This document shows, piece by piece, positions 15,220 to 26,553 of a stretch of 64,000 bases of DNA. The notes under the pieces were generated by a model. The model was given only the letters and a program-made list of their open reading frames with translations. It was not told where the DNA came from and did no database searches. A program made the translations under genes and the position numbers. This DNA is from Octopus vulgaris (lineage: Eukaryota): the NCBI GenBank assembly GCA_951406725.2, contig OX597815.1, positions 169,694,001-169,758,000 on the forward strand. The letters are read 5' to 3'. Numbering within the stretch: the first letter of the stretch is position 1; each line of letters begins with the position of its first letter.

Positions 15220-15680
15220 CATAAGGGACGTTAGCCATCCGAATGTGGCTAGGGACAGGGCAGGGCGGTGGGGGTGTTACTGATGCATTTAGCCCCAGGC
15301 GATCATCAACGTCACCAGAAGGGCTGACGCCATCACGGCGTCCTCTAGCCTGCAAGGAGATCATTCCCCGAAGAAGCGGATGCCACATACGGACCCAGGT
15401 TTCAAGGTGTTTGCCTATCGTCAACGTATGGCAGGCACCGCCCCTCGACGAACGACTCTCTGTGCAGGCTATCTATATAAAGATTTTCACAGTAAATAAT
15501 TTACTGATGTAGAAAATCTGTTCGACAGCAATAATAATTCTCTAAACGAGGTATATACAGTAACTACTCCATAACATAAGGGACGTTAGCCATCCGAATG
15601 TGGCTAGGGACAGGGCAGGGCGGTGGGGGTGTTACTGATGCATTTAGCCCCAGGCGATCATCAACGTCACCAGAAGGGCT
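15216..15680 (-). mobile_element. Retrozyme-like element: 355-nt unit plus 110-nt direct repeat, carrying a type I hammerhead
   Basis: 15216-15325 is identical to 15571-15680 (period 355). (TA)n lies on both flanks. There is a hammerhead at 15381-15433, many internal hairpins and no credible ORF. Confidence 0.7.
15381..15433 (-). ncRNA. Type I hammerhead ribozyme (C3U variant)
   Basis: Minus strand: tgcCATACG-TTGACGA-tAGGcaaacaCCTt-GAAA-CCtgG-GTC-CGTATGtggca. Stem I is CATACG/CGTATG, the core is UUGACGA plus GAAA, stem III is short and the cleavage triplet is GUC. Confidence 0.68.
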
Positions 15681-16483
15681 ATATATATATATATCGATGA
15701 TGACTGCTTCTGCTAATGGCAATATGTTGTCTAAAATAATCTTTTTCATGGTCGAGTCCTAGGCTGCTAAATCGGTTCCCTCGTCAAAATTTCTTGGTAG
15801 AAATGTTTCTAGAGGTCTAGTAGGACTAAAGGACAATGTCTGTCAAGAACAGTGTCTCTTAAAAAAACGAGGAATTTAAGGCTCCGCGACTGTACTAGAT
15901 AGTACGGGAACTTTTTAATTCTGGCTTAGCATGCTGTAAAGGACAACTTTGGAGTGAAGCACCACTTAGCTTTTACTAAAGCTTTTATCTGAGAGAAGAC
16001 ACTTCTGTGTTCATAGTTACAGTGGTGGTTTAACTGATCAGTTTGTTTGTGAGCAACAGCCAAAATAGAAGGACAACTTCTAGCATAAGGTCTGTTTGCC
16101 CATGAGCGCCTGCGTAGAGGGGGGAGGCTAAGAGAAATAACCCCCGACAGTGAATCGGATCGAGTGGTCCATTACGGACCCTATTCATCCTGATGAGAGC
16201 ATGAAGACAAAAAGAATGGGTCGTGTTTGAGTTTCTCGATTGATGAATTAATAAATATATTCATTCATTAATTCATATAGTATTCATTCATTCATTTATA
16301 TAGTCATTCATTTATTCATATGTTCACTCATTCGTATATTCACTCATTCATATATTCATTCGTATATTCATCTCAATTATTCATAAATTCCGCCATTCAA
16401 GCATTATTAATTCACTCATTCATATATTCATTCGTATATTCATTATAGCTTAGGAATGAGAACCCAGGTTCAAAATTTCCCCA

Positions 16484-16531
16484 AGACACCTGATGAAGGC
16501 TGGATGATATATCAGCCGAAACGTTGTGTTA
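16484..16531 (+). ncRNA. Minimal Penelope-type hammerhead ribozyme, canonical core
   Basis: GACAC-CTGATGA-a-GGCTGG..TCAGCC-GAAAC-GTT-GTGTT. Stem I is GACAC/GTGTT, stem II has 6 bp, and palindromic ACGT replaces stem III. It lies in a ~175-bp repeat-like segment (about 16445-16620). Confidence 0.8.
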
Positions 16532-17312
16532 ACAACAAACAAGATGAGGACAACTATCCGTCAAATGTAAATAATGTAAATAATGTACATAATTCCTCAT
16601 CTCTTAAATATAGAACTGTTTCATAAATTACTCCATTCACACACATATGCACAACACCCAGCCATCCACCCACATACATATATCTTTGATATGGTCACAG
16701 AAAATAAGGCAAGAAAAAAGGTAAAATAAATACGAGATATAGAGTTTTATTGTATTCGTTATGGTGGTGTAGCTAGAGTGTGTATGTCACCCGAAACAGT
16801 CCTTGGGTTTGCTGTCCCCTCCTCGGGCCCAAAGCCTGTACAGGTTTATACAGCAGACCCAAAAGTATCGCCTCCGCAGAAGCATCACTTCGGTCGTACC
16901 GCCACATGACTCTACCAATGGCTACGCTAATGATTTGTTAAAAGTTGAAGGTTTTACTAATCCTTATTCCAAGCAACACGTTCTGAGAAAAGATGGACTT
17001 CAAATGTATAAGAGAAGACAGTGAGACAAACATAGAGACGTAAAAACGCAAACATGCACCCACCCACACTTTTAGGATGCACTTATAAAAATAGTAGGCA
17101 ATATATTGGATTCAAAATCCCTTGGATGGAGAAAAAAATGGTCGAAAATCTAGACTAAACGCTTATGATGCTAGAGATTATCCGGATTTCCAAAGCATCT
17201 TGGATAAGAGGACAGTACCCATCCTGAGTAAGAACCCGGTCTGTTGCGGAATGTATGGCATAGTATAACATAATAATATATATATGATATAATGTAATGT
17301 AATATCTGATAT

Positions 17313-17592
17313 GGAGGCGCAATGGCCCAGTCGTTAAGGCAGCGGACTCGCCGTGTTTATCGAGCGAAAACATTTAAAAGCTCCACGAGGCTCCGGCAGG
17401 GGGTGGTGGCGACCCATTTTGTACTCTTTCGCCACAACTTTTCTCTCACTCTCTCTTCCTGTTTCTTGAATAACGCTGCGATGGACTGGCGTCCCGTCCA
17501 GCTGGGGGAAACACATACGCCACAGAAACCGGGAAACCGTGCCCATGAGCCTGGCTTGGCTTGAAAAGGGTGAGTTTTTTTTTTTTTTTAAG
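17313..17592 (+). mobile_element. SINE family D, second copy with internal deletion in the tRNA head
   Basis: Homologous to 8368-8662. Imperfect TSD AATATCTGATAT/AATATATGATAT. Confidence 0.8.
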
Positions 17593-17639
17593 AATATATG
17601 ATATATTGTAATGTAATATAACAGAATAGAATACAAGCG

Positions 17640-17990
17640 CCGGAATGGTGTTGCTTTGAAGAATCACTGGTGTGTAGCTTGGAGATCTGAGAGAGTCTCG
17701 AGGCTGAGCCGCTACTTCCTCGCATTGAGAAGTCACAGTTCCGGTGTTAGGGACATGTGTTTAAAATATCGCAGGAAAGAGTTGTAACATGGATTGGTCT
17801 ACCTAGGTGTAGACCAAGAATGATATGATTGGATAATATCGATAGACACACTCGGTCTCGCTTCGGAATCCAGCCCCAAAGTGTAATGATGGTTGCTTCT
17901 GGTAGGGTCCTATGAAGAAGGTACCCGAGGACTCTACTCCCATAGTCCTCTCAGGAATATTAGGTTGAAGAGATGGATGGATAGATGGAT
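17640..17990 (+). mobile_element. RTE (Expander-like) LINE 3' fragment
   Basis: Decayed translation EAEPLLPRIEKSQFRC*GHV...RPR...LDNI, ending in an (ATGG)n tail. Confidence 0.65.
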
Positions 17991-18231
17991 ACAATATAAT
18001 ATAATATAATTATATTATATATAATTATGTAAAATTATTATATAAATTATTATATAATTATACAAAATATTATATAATACACACACACAAACACACACAC
18101 ACACGCGCGCACACACACACACGCACGCACACACACACTCACACACATATATACATATATGTACAAATAAACACACTTGTATGTATGCATGCATGTATGT
18201 AAGTATGTATGTATGTATGCATGTATGTATG

Positions 18232-18680
18232 CCGTGGTTCAGCACACTTCTGTATGGCAGTGAAATATGGAAAATAACTGCGAAGTTAGACAAGGAGTTG
18301 GCTACATTCCACCAACGATATCTGCAGAAAATCTTGAAAGTCAACTGGCAAAATAGAATTGCAAATGAACGAACATTTTTATGAGACAAATACCAACCAC
18401 TGTAATCACCATGAGGCTATTTGGGCTTCAGTTGGTAGACTATATTTTCTGCCTGCCGACTATTCGGCATTTCAAGATTGCAATGACGTGGATACCGGAA
18501 GAAGGAAAGCGGAAAAAAAGGGACCAGTCTCGCAACACCTGGCACCGGACATTCCAGGACAATCTCAAATGTATGAGGACTGGCTGGACAGGAGTGGGCA
18601 GAACTGTAGCAGACTGATCTCATTGGCGGAAGCTTATTGCGTTATGCGGCTCACAGCACGGAAGGATCTGAGTTGAATTT
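18232..18680 (+). mobile_element. RTE-clade LINE 3' fragment (frameshifted)
   Basis: TLLYGSEIW...FHQRYLQKILKVNWQNRIANE, then AMTWIPEEGKRK...RNTWHRTF. These are typical RTE ORF2 C-terminal motifs. Confidence 0.85.
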
Positions 18681-18873
18681 ATCTTTCTTTAGTGTTATCG
18701 TTTACTTGTTTCCATCATTGGACTACGGCCATGCTGGGACACCGCCATGCTCAAAACTGGTTAGGGTCAAACAACTGACAAGCAAATCTGTGGTATTGAG
18801 CAGAATATTTGCTGTAGCCCATCTTTTATACCAAGGCAAAACAATGTACATGATAACACTTCCAGTCTATCAT

Positions 18874-18938
<65 letters not shown>

Positions 18939-19459
18939 TTATTATTATTATTATAATTTCTCATGTTCTAAAAACATTTTTTTCCCTTGGGTTCTTTGAT
19001 TTCATTTACATTTAAATATTAAACTATGGCCTTGACATTAAGTTTATTTGCTTCTTTTCATTTCCCCCAAATATTTTCAGCTGCTCTACTGGAGACTTTT
19101 TTTCATTTAATGTCATTATTATAATATTATAATGAATGTTTATGATGAAGGAGGTAGCTGTTGATGAACTGCGAAAATCAACAACACGAATATTATTCCT
19201 ACTTCTAACTCTGTCAATTCATCCATTCGTTTATTTTGTTATATAAATGAATACAATTATTTCCACTTGGATGTTCTTTAATAATAAACCTTATGAAAGA
19301 AGAACTTTAAGGCTTTTAATATCTTTTTAATAATCTGAAAAATTTTTTCAGCTGCTACGTATAATACAAAGGTTATCATAGAGATCAGGGTGCGTGTTAG
19401 ATATGAAGAGAATATTAATGTATATATGTGTTTAAATGCTAGTGTGTTTGTGGGCGTGT

Positions 19460-19504
<45 letters not shown>

Positions 19505-19687
19505 CGTATTTGTATATACGTGTATGTATGTGTTTTCGTATAAGTGTGTATATATCTGTATATATAAAAGTACACACACACACAAACACTCACACACACA
19601 AGTGCTAACATGCTATCACAAACATGATGGAGTAGTCATTACGAGAAAATATTTAAACATATTTATAAGAAAAAAATGCTTGCTCAG

Positions 19688-19723
<36 letters not shown>

Positions 19724-19950
19724 GTGTGTATGCGTGTGTGTGTGTAAATATATATTTGAACACATACATACAAATACATATGCAAACATACACTCACACA
19801 CACACACTTATATATATGTATATACATATATATATATATATATATGAATGCACTATAGAGTTTTGGACGAAAACATACGAGAAAAGCAAAACTCAAAATA
19901 TAAATAATATATTATATGCAATAAGAAACCTATTTTTTTTTACTTCAGCT

Positions 19951-19995
<45 letters not shown>

Positions 19996-20107
19996 GCATT
20001 GAACAAAGCAATCTATTTGAAGATGATTGACTACAATTTTACGGAGATTTAGCTGTTATTTCTTGTAGATATAGCATACTTTGTTGGAACATATGAACGT
20101 GTATATT

Positions 20108-20550
20108 TATTTCTTTATTGCCCACAGGGGTCTAAACAAAGGGGGGACAAACAAGGACAGACAAAGGGATTAAGTTGATTATATCGACCCCAATGCGTAA
20201 CTGGTACTTATTTAATCGACCCCGAACGGATGAGAGGCAAAATCGACCTCGGTGGAATTTGAACTCAGAACGTAACGGTAGACGAAATACCGCTAGGCAT
20301 TTCGCCCGGCGTGCTAACGATTCTGCCAGCTCGTCGCCCTGCACTCGTATATTCTTTTCTACTCTTAGCAAAAGACCCAACATTTTGGGGCAGTGGGGGC
20401 CAGTCGATTAGATCGACTCGAATACGCAACTGGTTCTTAATTTATAGACCCATAAAGAATAAACGGCAAAGTCGACCTCGGCGGAATTTGAACTCAGAAC
20501 ATAACGGCATTTCGCCTGGCGTGCTAATGATTCTGCCAGCTCGCCGCCCT
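20108..20550 (-). mobile_element. Two adjacent SINE family A copies
   Basis: Two GTCGACCTCGG.GGAATTTGAACTCAGAAC...CTGCCAGCTCG units with different 3' tails. Confidence 0.82.
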
Positions 20551-20988
20551 GTGTGTGTATATTGTTTTAGTACATGTGTGTACTTGTGATTACACTTGTA
20601 TGTGTGAACGTATGTGTTTGTGTACACCTGTATGTGTCATTGTGTTTTGTGTGTGTACATGTGTATTTGGGGCTATTTCTTTTATGTGTCTACAGCTATC
20701 TTTGTGTATGTCTATGTGTGTTTAAAAGCGATAAGAAATGTAAAGTTTTTAATTTAAAAAAGATTGCTTGTTTGAAGCTTATTGCTATGGATACTGGATG
20801 CATTTAAACACTGACATGTATTATCATAACTATTATCATAACAATAGTAATGATAATACTTAATAACAAATATTATAACTATTATTTAAGCGGCAGTTCC
20901 ACTGCGTGGTACTTCTACTTTAGATCTGAGCCAATCAATGCCTTATGAGTGCATCTGGTAGACGGAAACTGTGTGGAAGCCCGTCGTA

Positions 20989-21046
<58 letters not shown>

Positions 21047-21758
21047 TAGCGTTTGTTCCACCGCACACCGCGTGACAACCGGGTTTGGTACATTCCTATG
21101 ACTAAAAGAGACCGACAGAATAAGTAGAAGACTTTAAAAAATAAGTACTTGGGTTGACCTGCTTGACTGAAACCCTTTAAGGCAGAGCCCCAGCGTGGCC
21201 GTTGTCCTATGATTGAAACAAATAACAGATAAAAAATAGATACAAGACAATCTCGGTCGTGGGTGGGTGTTGGGTGTCGGGAACTTTGTCAATCACATCG
21301 ATTGGTGATTTATTGCATCGATTCCTAAAAGGAAAAAAAGTTGGCGCGGCTCGAACTCAGAACACTACGATCCAGAAAAAATGCCACAAAGAATTTTGTC
21401 GACCCTTCTAACCATTGTGCTATTACATCGCCTTTGAAAATGAATTAATAATGTCTTGTAATTTAGGTTCAAGGCCAACAGTTGCAAGTGGAATGGAATT
21501 AGTCGATATCATCGGCTCCAGTAGTTGATTGGTACCTTATCGATCCTTGACTGGTATTTCATTGATCCTTGACCGGTACCTTATCGATTCTGGAGGGATG
21601 AAAGACGATATTTGAACACGGCGGTATTTGAACTCGGGTCGTAAAGAATCGGAAGAAACAGCTCGAAACGAGTTGCTGTATTTGTTTCAGAATTTTTACT
21701 GAGTTGGTAGACCTAATGCGTCGACCGGTTCAATACAGTAGTCACAGACACACGCGCA

Positions 21759-21842
<84 letters not shown>

Positions 21843-22948
21843 AACACACACACATACACACTCACACACACATACACGCATATTAAAGGACCCGCCAAGT
21901 GGGCTTGCTGTTGACCCACTAGAAATAGTTGCCAAACTCCTTCAAATCACGCACGATCGCCTTAACTGGTAAAAGTAGAGAATGAAGCATGTACTTCTGC
22001 GCATCTCTTAAAAGAAATATTGGTCGCATCTGAATTTGTTCATTGGTCTGCTTGGCTTAAATTTTCAACACCCCCTCCACCGTTCCTAACTCTACAACCT
22101 CAACCAACTCTCCCACCATTCCCCCAACCACCATACTGAACATACTGAACTCCCCTTCACCCTCCTCTCACCACCCTCTTCTCACTACCACCCTCTCACT
22201 GTCATCTCTCTCATTGGTATAGTCAATCGTATTACTCGTTGAATTTTGTATTGAAACAATTCAACGCTATAATAGTTCAGTATAAAAGTGTTAAGAAGCT
22301 TACATTCCATGCTTCTGTAGTGTCTGTGTCCGTCTGTGTCTGTCTGACTGTCTGTCTGTCTGTCTGACTGTCTGTCTGACTGTCTGTCTGACTGTCTGTC
22401 TGACTGTCTGTCTGTCTGTCTATCTGTCTATCTATCTGTCTTTCTATCTGTCTGTCTCTGTCTCTCTCTGGGTGGTAGAGTGTGTGGAAGCGTTATACAA
22501 CTCAAAGTAGCTTTTGATTAGTGCTGGAACACTGCTTCAATAATTAGTAGATGTTAATTATATTGTCGTCAGCTCTCTCTATATAAGACAAGACATAAAT
22601 AATGGAAATTGCATATTTTTCTTTATTGTTGTAAATTTGACTCACAGCTGTTTCCAGTAGTCGTTATAGGTTCGTTATTGATAGGTTTGCTCAATCAGTC
22701 CATTGATCGGTTGAGTAAAAATTGAATGACCTAGAGAATTAATGCCAGGGTCATTTCTGGTGATGATCAATGCCTGTACCATTCATTCAGTGTACACACA
22801 CACACACACACACATACACACACATACATATATGAAACCGGGTTCATTCCCACTGCATAACCCTTTGGACAAGTATCTTGTCCCAGACCGACGAAAGTTA
22901 TGTGAGTGAATTCAGTAGACGGAAATTGAAAGAACCTCGCTGTAATTT

Positions 22949-23013
<65 letters not shown>

Positions 23014-23081
23014 CTCTCTCTCTCTCTCTCTCTCTCTGTAGCCACTACACACATTTTTTTTCTCTCCTTGTTTCTGTGTCC

Positions 23082-23117
23082 CTTTCTGTAGAAGAGCGTA
23101 GGCTCGAAACGTAAAAG
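23082..23117 (+). ncRNA. Minimal hammerhead-like motif with variant core (CUGUAGA)
   Basis: CTTT-CTGTAGA-a-GAGC gtag GCTC-GAAAC-GTA-AAAG. Stems I and II are perfect and the ACGT palindrome is present, but A6 is replaced by U. It is part of a ~170-bp element (about 23040-23208). Confidence 0.6.
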
Positions 23118-23205
23118 ACTTTTTCATTTTCCTGAGCGTTATACTAATACATCTGTTTGTTTTATACACCACCTGTCTTCGTCTTTTGTGTTTTTCGTGA
23201 ACTCT

Positions 23206-23236
<31 letters not shown>

Positions 23237-23246
<10 letters not shown>

Positions 23247-23534
23247 ATTTAGGGTATCTAAGAGATACCACCACGCTGGATATAGCAGTCAAAACTTGAC
23301 TCTAAAACCACATTAAATGTTCATACAGCACCAGCAGAGAAGACAAAGAGACAAAATAAACTACCAAATAAAGAATTACTGGATAATTCCAGATCCCGGA
23401 TTTCTGACTCTTTATTTTGTCTCTTTATCTTCTCTCCTGGTGCTGTATGAACATTTAATGTGGTTTTAGAGTCAAGTTTTGACTGCTATTTCCAGCGTGG
23501 TGGTATCTCTTAGATACTCTAAATTATAATTTTA
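23237..23534. repeat. Long inverted repeat 1 (124-bp arms, 50-bp spacer)
   Basis: 23237-23360 is the reverse complement of 23411-23534 with a few mismatches. Confidence 0.92.
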
Positions 23535-23650
23535 AATAATTATTATCTTTGAAGGTTTTTATTCTCATATTGGCCACCTGATAAGATCGGTATTTAAATA
23601 TATCTTATATATATATATATTAGAAGGTTTGGAGGTGATGTACAAGTATT

Positions 23651-23977
23651 ATATATTAGAAGAAATAAGGTACTCAGAAATCTGGATGGTTTTACATTAA
23701 CAGATTTTTATTAATATGTCACGTTTTTACAAATCCTATATTAGCGCTTGCATCTACTCTAGTAGAATCGCCATCGCCACCACCACTTACATCACTACAA
23801 CAATTACAACTACAAAAATCTCTACCAATACCGCTACCACTACCGCCGCAAAATCTGGAGATTCTACTTGAGTTGATGCAAGCGTTAAGATATTTATAAA
23901 AACATGTGACATATTAATAAAAATCTGTAAATATAAAACCATCCAGATTTCTGAATACCTTATTTCTTCTAATATAT
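23651..23977. repeat. Long inverted repeat 2 (~122-bp arms, 82-bp spacer)
   Basis: 23651-23773 is the reverse complement of 23856-23977 with scattered mismatches. Confidence 0.9.
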
Positions 23978-23996
23978 ATATATCTATATATCTATA

Positions 23997-24043
<47 letters not shown>

Positions 24044-24573
24044 ATCTCCTTACGCCGCTTGAAGCCTGGTGTTGGTGTGTTTACGGTCCTGTAACTTTCT
24101 GGTTCAGCGAAAAGGGACCGGTAGAATAAATAACAGTTTTAAAAATTAAAAAAAGGGAAAAAAAGTATTTGAGTCAATTTGAGTCAAGGCGGTGCCCCAT
24201 CATAGCCATTGTCCAATGACTGAAATATACCAAAGAAAAATTTCCGGTTCTTATTAAACCCGTTCTTATTCTGGTTGTTGATGTTAAAGGCAATCATTTT
24301 ATACGGACATTTTATGCAAAATGGTCGATGAATTACTGACGAAAATGTAGCGTGTGAAGAAAGGTCGTCGAGAAAAACTGAAGATGACGTGTGAAGCTCT
24401 GGCGGTCTGAGGTTTAGAGTATAAATCTTCTAAGACCTGATGACAAAAGATCAAGTTTTGTAAGAATACGCTGTGTAGCTGACTCATCTAACACATACCA
24501 TCTTTAAAAATATAACCGCGTTTGCATAATATTCTCAGTGTGTGTGTACGTATGCGTATGTGATTGTGCGTGA

Positions 24574-24900
24574 AGGCGCGTGGCTTAATGGTTAGGGTAT
24601 TCGGCTCACGATCATAAAGTCGTGAGTTCAATTCTCGGCGATGCGCTGTGTCCTTGAGCAAGACACTTCATTTTACGTTGCTCTAGTCCATTCAGTTCAC
24701 AAAAACGAGCAGTACTTTTATTCCAAAAGGCCAGCCTTGTCACACTCTATGTCACACTGAATTTCCCTGAGAACAACGTTAACGGTACATGTGCCTGTGG
24801 AGTGCTCAGCCACTTGCACGTTAATTTCAAGAGCAGGCTGATCCGTTGATCGGATCAACTGGAACTCTCGTCGTCGTAACCAATAACCAATAGAGTGTCG
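24574..24900 (+). mobile_element. tRNA-headed SINE family C
   Basis: GGCGCGTGGCTTAATGGTTAGGG...GAGTTCAATTC, then TGTGTCCTTGAGCAAGACACTTCATTT. Related copies lie at about 3125-3350, 42990-43275 (minus) and 54895-55165. Confidence 0.82.
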
Positions 24901-25192
24901 GTATATTTGTGCGTGGTCCGTGTATGTGTGTGCGTATATAATTTCTATTGAGCTTATTTCATGAATCTGGTGCTTTAGTTCTTGCTATATTCTACTCCAT
25001 ACTGCTTTTTTTTTTTTATAAGCAGCTGTTAATTTCCTATTCCTTCGCTTCTATTCCATAATCTATTTTTAATAATTGTAATCCACAGAGATTGTTTTTA
25101 GTATTTCTTGCAGAACGAACAATTTACGCCGTTCTCCAGGAGTCAAATAATCACATTCTGACGCAGTTCCTTCTCTGCTTTATACCACCTAT

Positions 25193-25241
<49 letters not shown>

Positions 25242-25392
25242 ACGTCGTCGTCGTTGTCGTCGTCATCATCGTCATCATTGTCTTCGTCGTTATTAATTAT
25301 TACTCACACTCACTTCTCGTCAACAAGCCATCATTTCACTAAATATCAGGAATTAAATGAATTTGTATGGAATTAGTAAGAAAAACTAACCA

Positions 25393-25448
<56 letters not shown>

Positions 25449-25462
25449 TGCTGCTGCTGCTG

Positions 25463-25493
<31 letters not shown>

Positions 25494-25812
25494 ATTGTTA
25501 CTGCTATTACTACTATTACAACTACTGCCATCGCCACCACCACTTACATCACTACAACAACTACTACTACAACTACAAAAATCTCTACCAATACTACAAC
25601 CACTACCGTCATAACTATCATCACCACCAACGATCACTACCACTGCAAGTGCCACTACCGACACTACCACTTCTACCATCACGACCTTCCTCCTCCTCCT
25701 TCTCCTCCTCCTCATCATCACCATCATCGTCTCATTCTCTCTTACTCTCTCTGTTTCTCTTCCCTCTCTCTCTATCTCATTCCTTCCTCCCTCCCTCCCC
25801 CTCTCTCTCTCT
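25193..25812. repeat. Region of (CAT)n, (ACT)n, (GCT)n and CT-rich simple repeats
   Basis: Direct reading. Confidence 0.9.
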
Positions 25813-26218
25813 TCGCATTCTCCAAGAAGTTAGTTACAAAACCCTGTCACTCCTCGAACAATAATGAAAGTTACGAAACCAAATGCAATTTCATTACTGA
25901 CTCATTCTTGCAATTATTTCAAAAATGTTCAATTTTTTTCCAAAATTTTGTTTACAGAAGAATTCACTATTTATGGACTGTATGAGTGTTTTATTATATT
26001 TCATTTTTCCTATTTGTCTCAGAGGGTGTTCCCACCGCTTGGATTCTCTGACATCAGTCAAGAAAGGAATCATTAGATCGCACCTGCTTCTCACTTAAAC
26101 ATGTGTCTTTTGCCGAATCGCTTTGTTATGGGGACGTAAACAAACCAACATTAGTTCCAAAGCGGTGTGTTTGTGTGGGGGAAGACAAGAACACACACGT
26201 ACGCACACACAAACACAT

Positions 26219-26282
<64 letters not shown>

Positions 26283-26420
26283 TGAACTTAGTCCGAAGCT
26301 ATTGTAGAAGTCAGTTGCCCAAGGTGCCGCGCATTGGGACTGAACCCGAATCCATGTGGTTGGGAAGCAAGCCTTCTTACCACAACCAAGGTAGCGCCTA
26401 TGTATAAATATGTAATATAT

Positions 26421-26463
<43 letters not shown>

Positions 26464-26487
26464 TGTAATATATATATATATACATAC

Positions 26488-26553
<66 letters not shown>

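Noticed and set aside
15558-15637. Twister-like motif on the minus strand (TAACAC..GCC..GTCCCTAGCC..GGAG)
   Set aside because: P2 and P4 pairings do not form, and a simple hairpin explains the segment better.
16185-16230. CTGATGA motif
   Set aside because: No GAAA or stem II at the proper spacing.
25092-25864. Poly-Ser/Thr/His ORFs suggesting a low-complexity exon
   Set aside because: They are explained by trinucleotide repeats, with no domain or clear splice structure.
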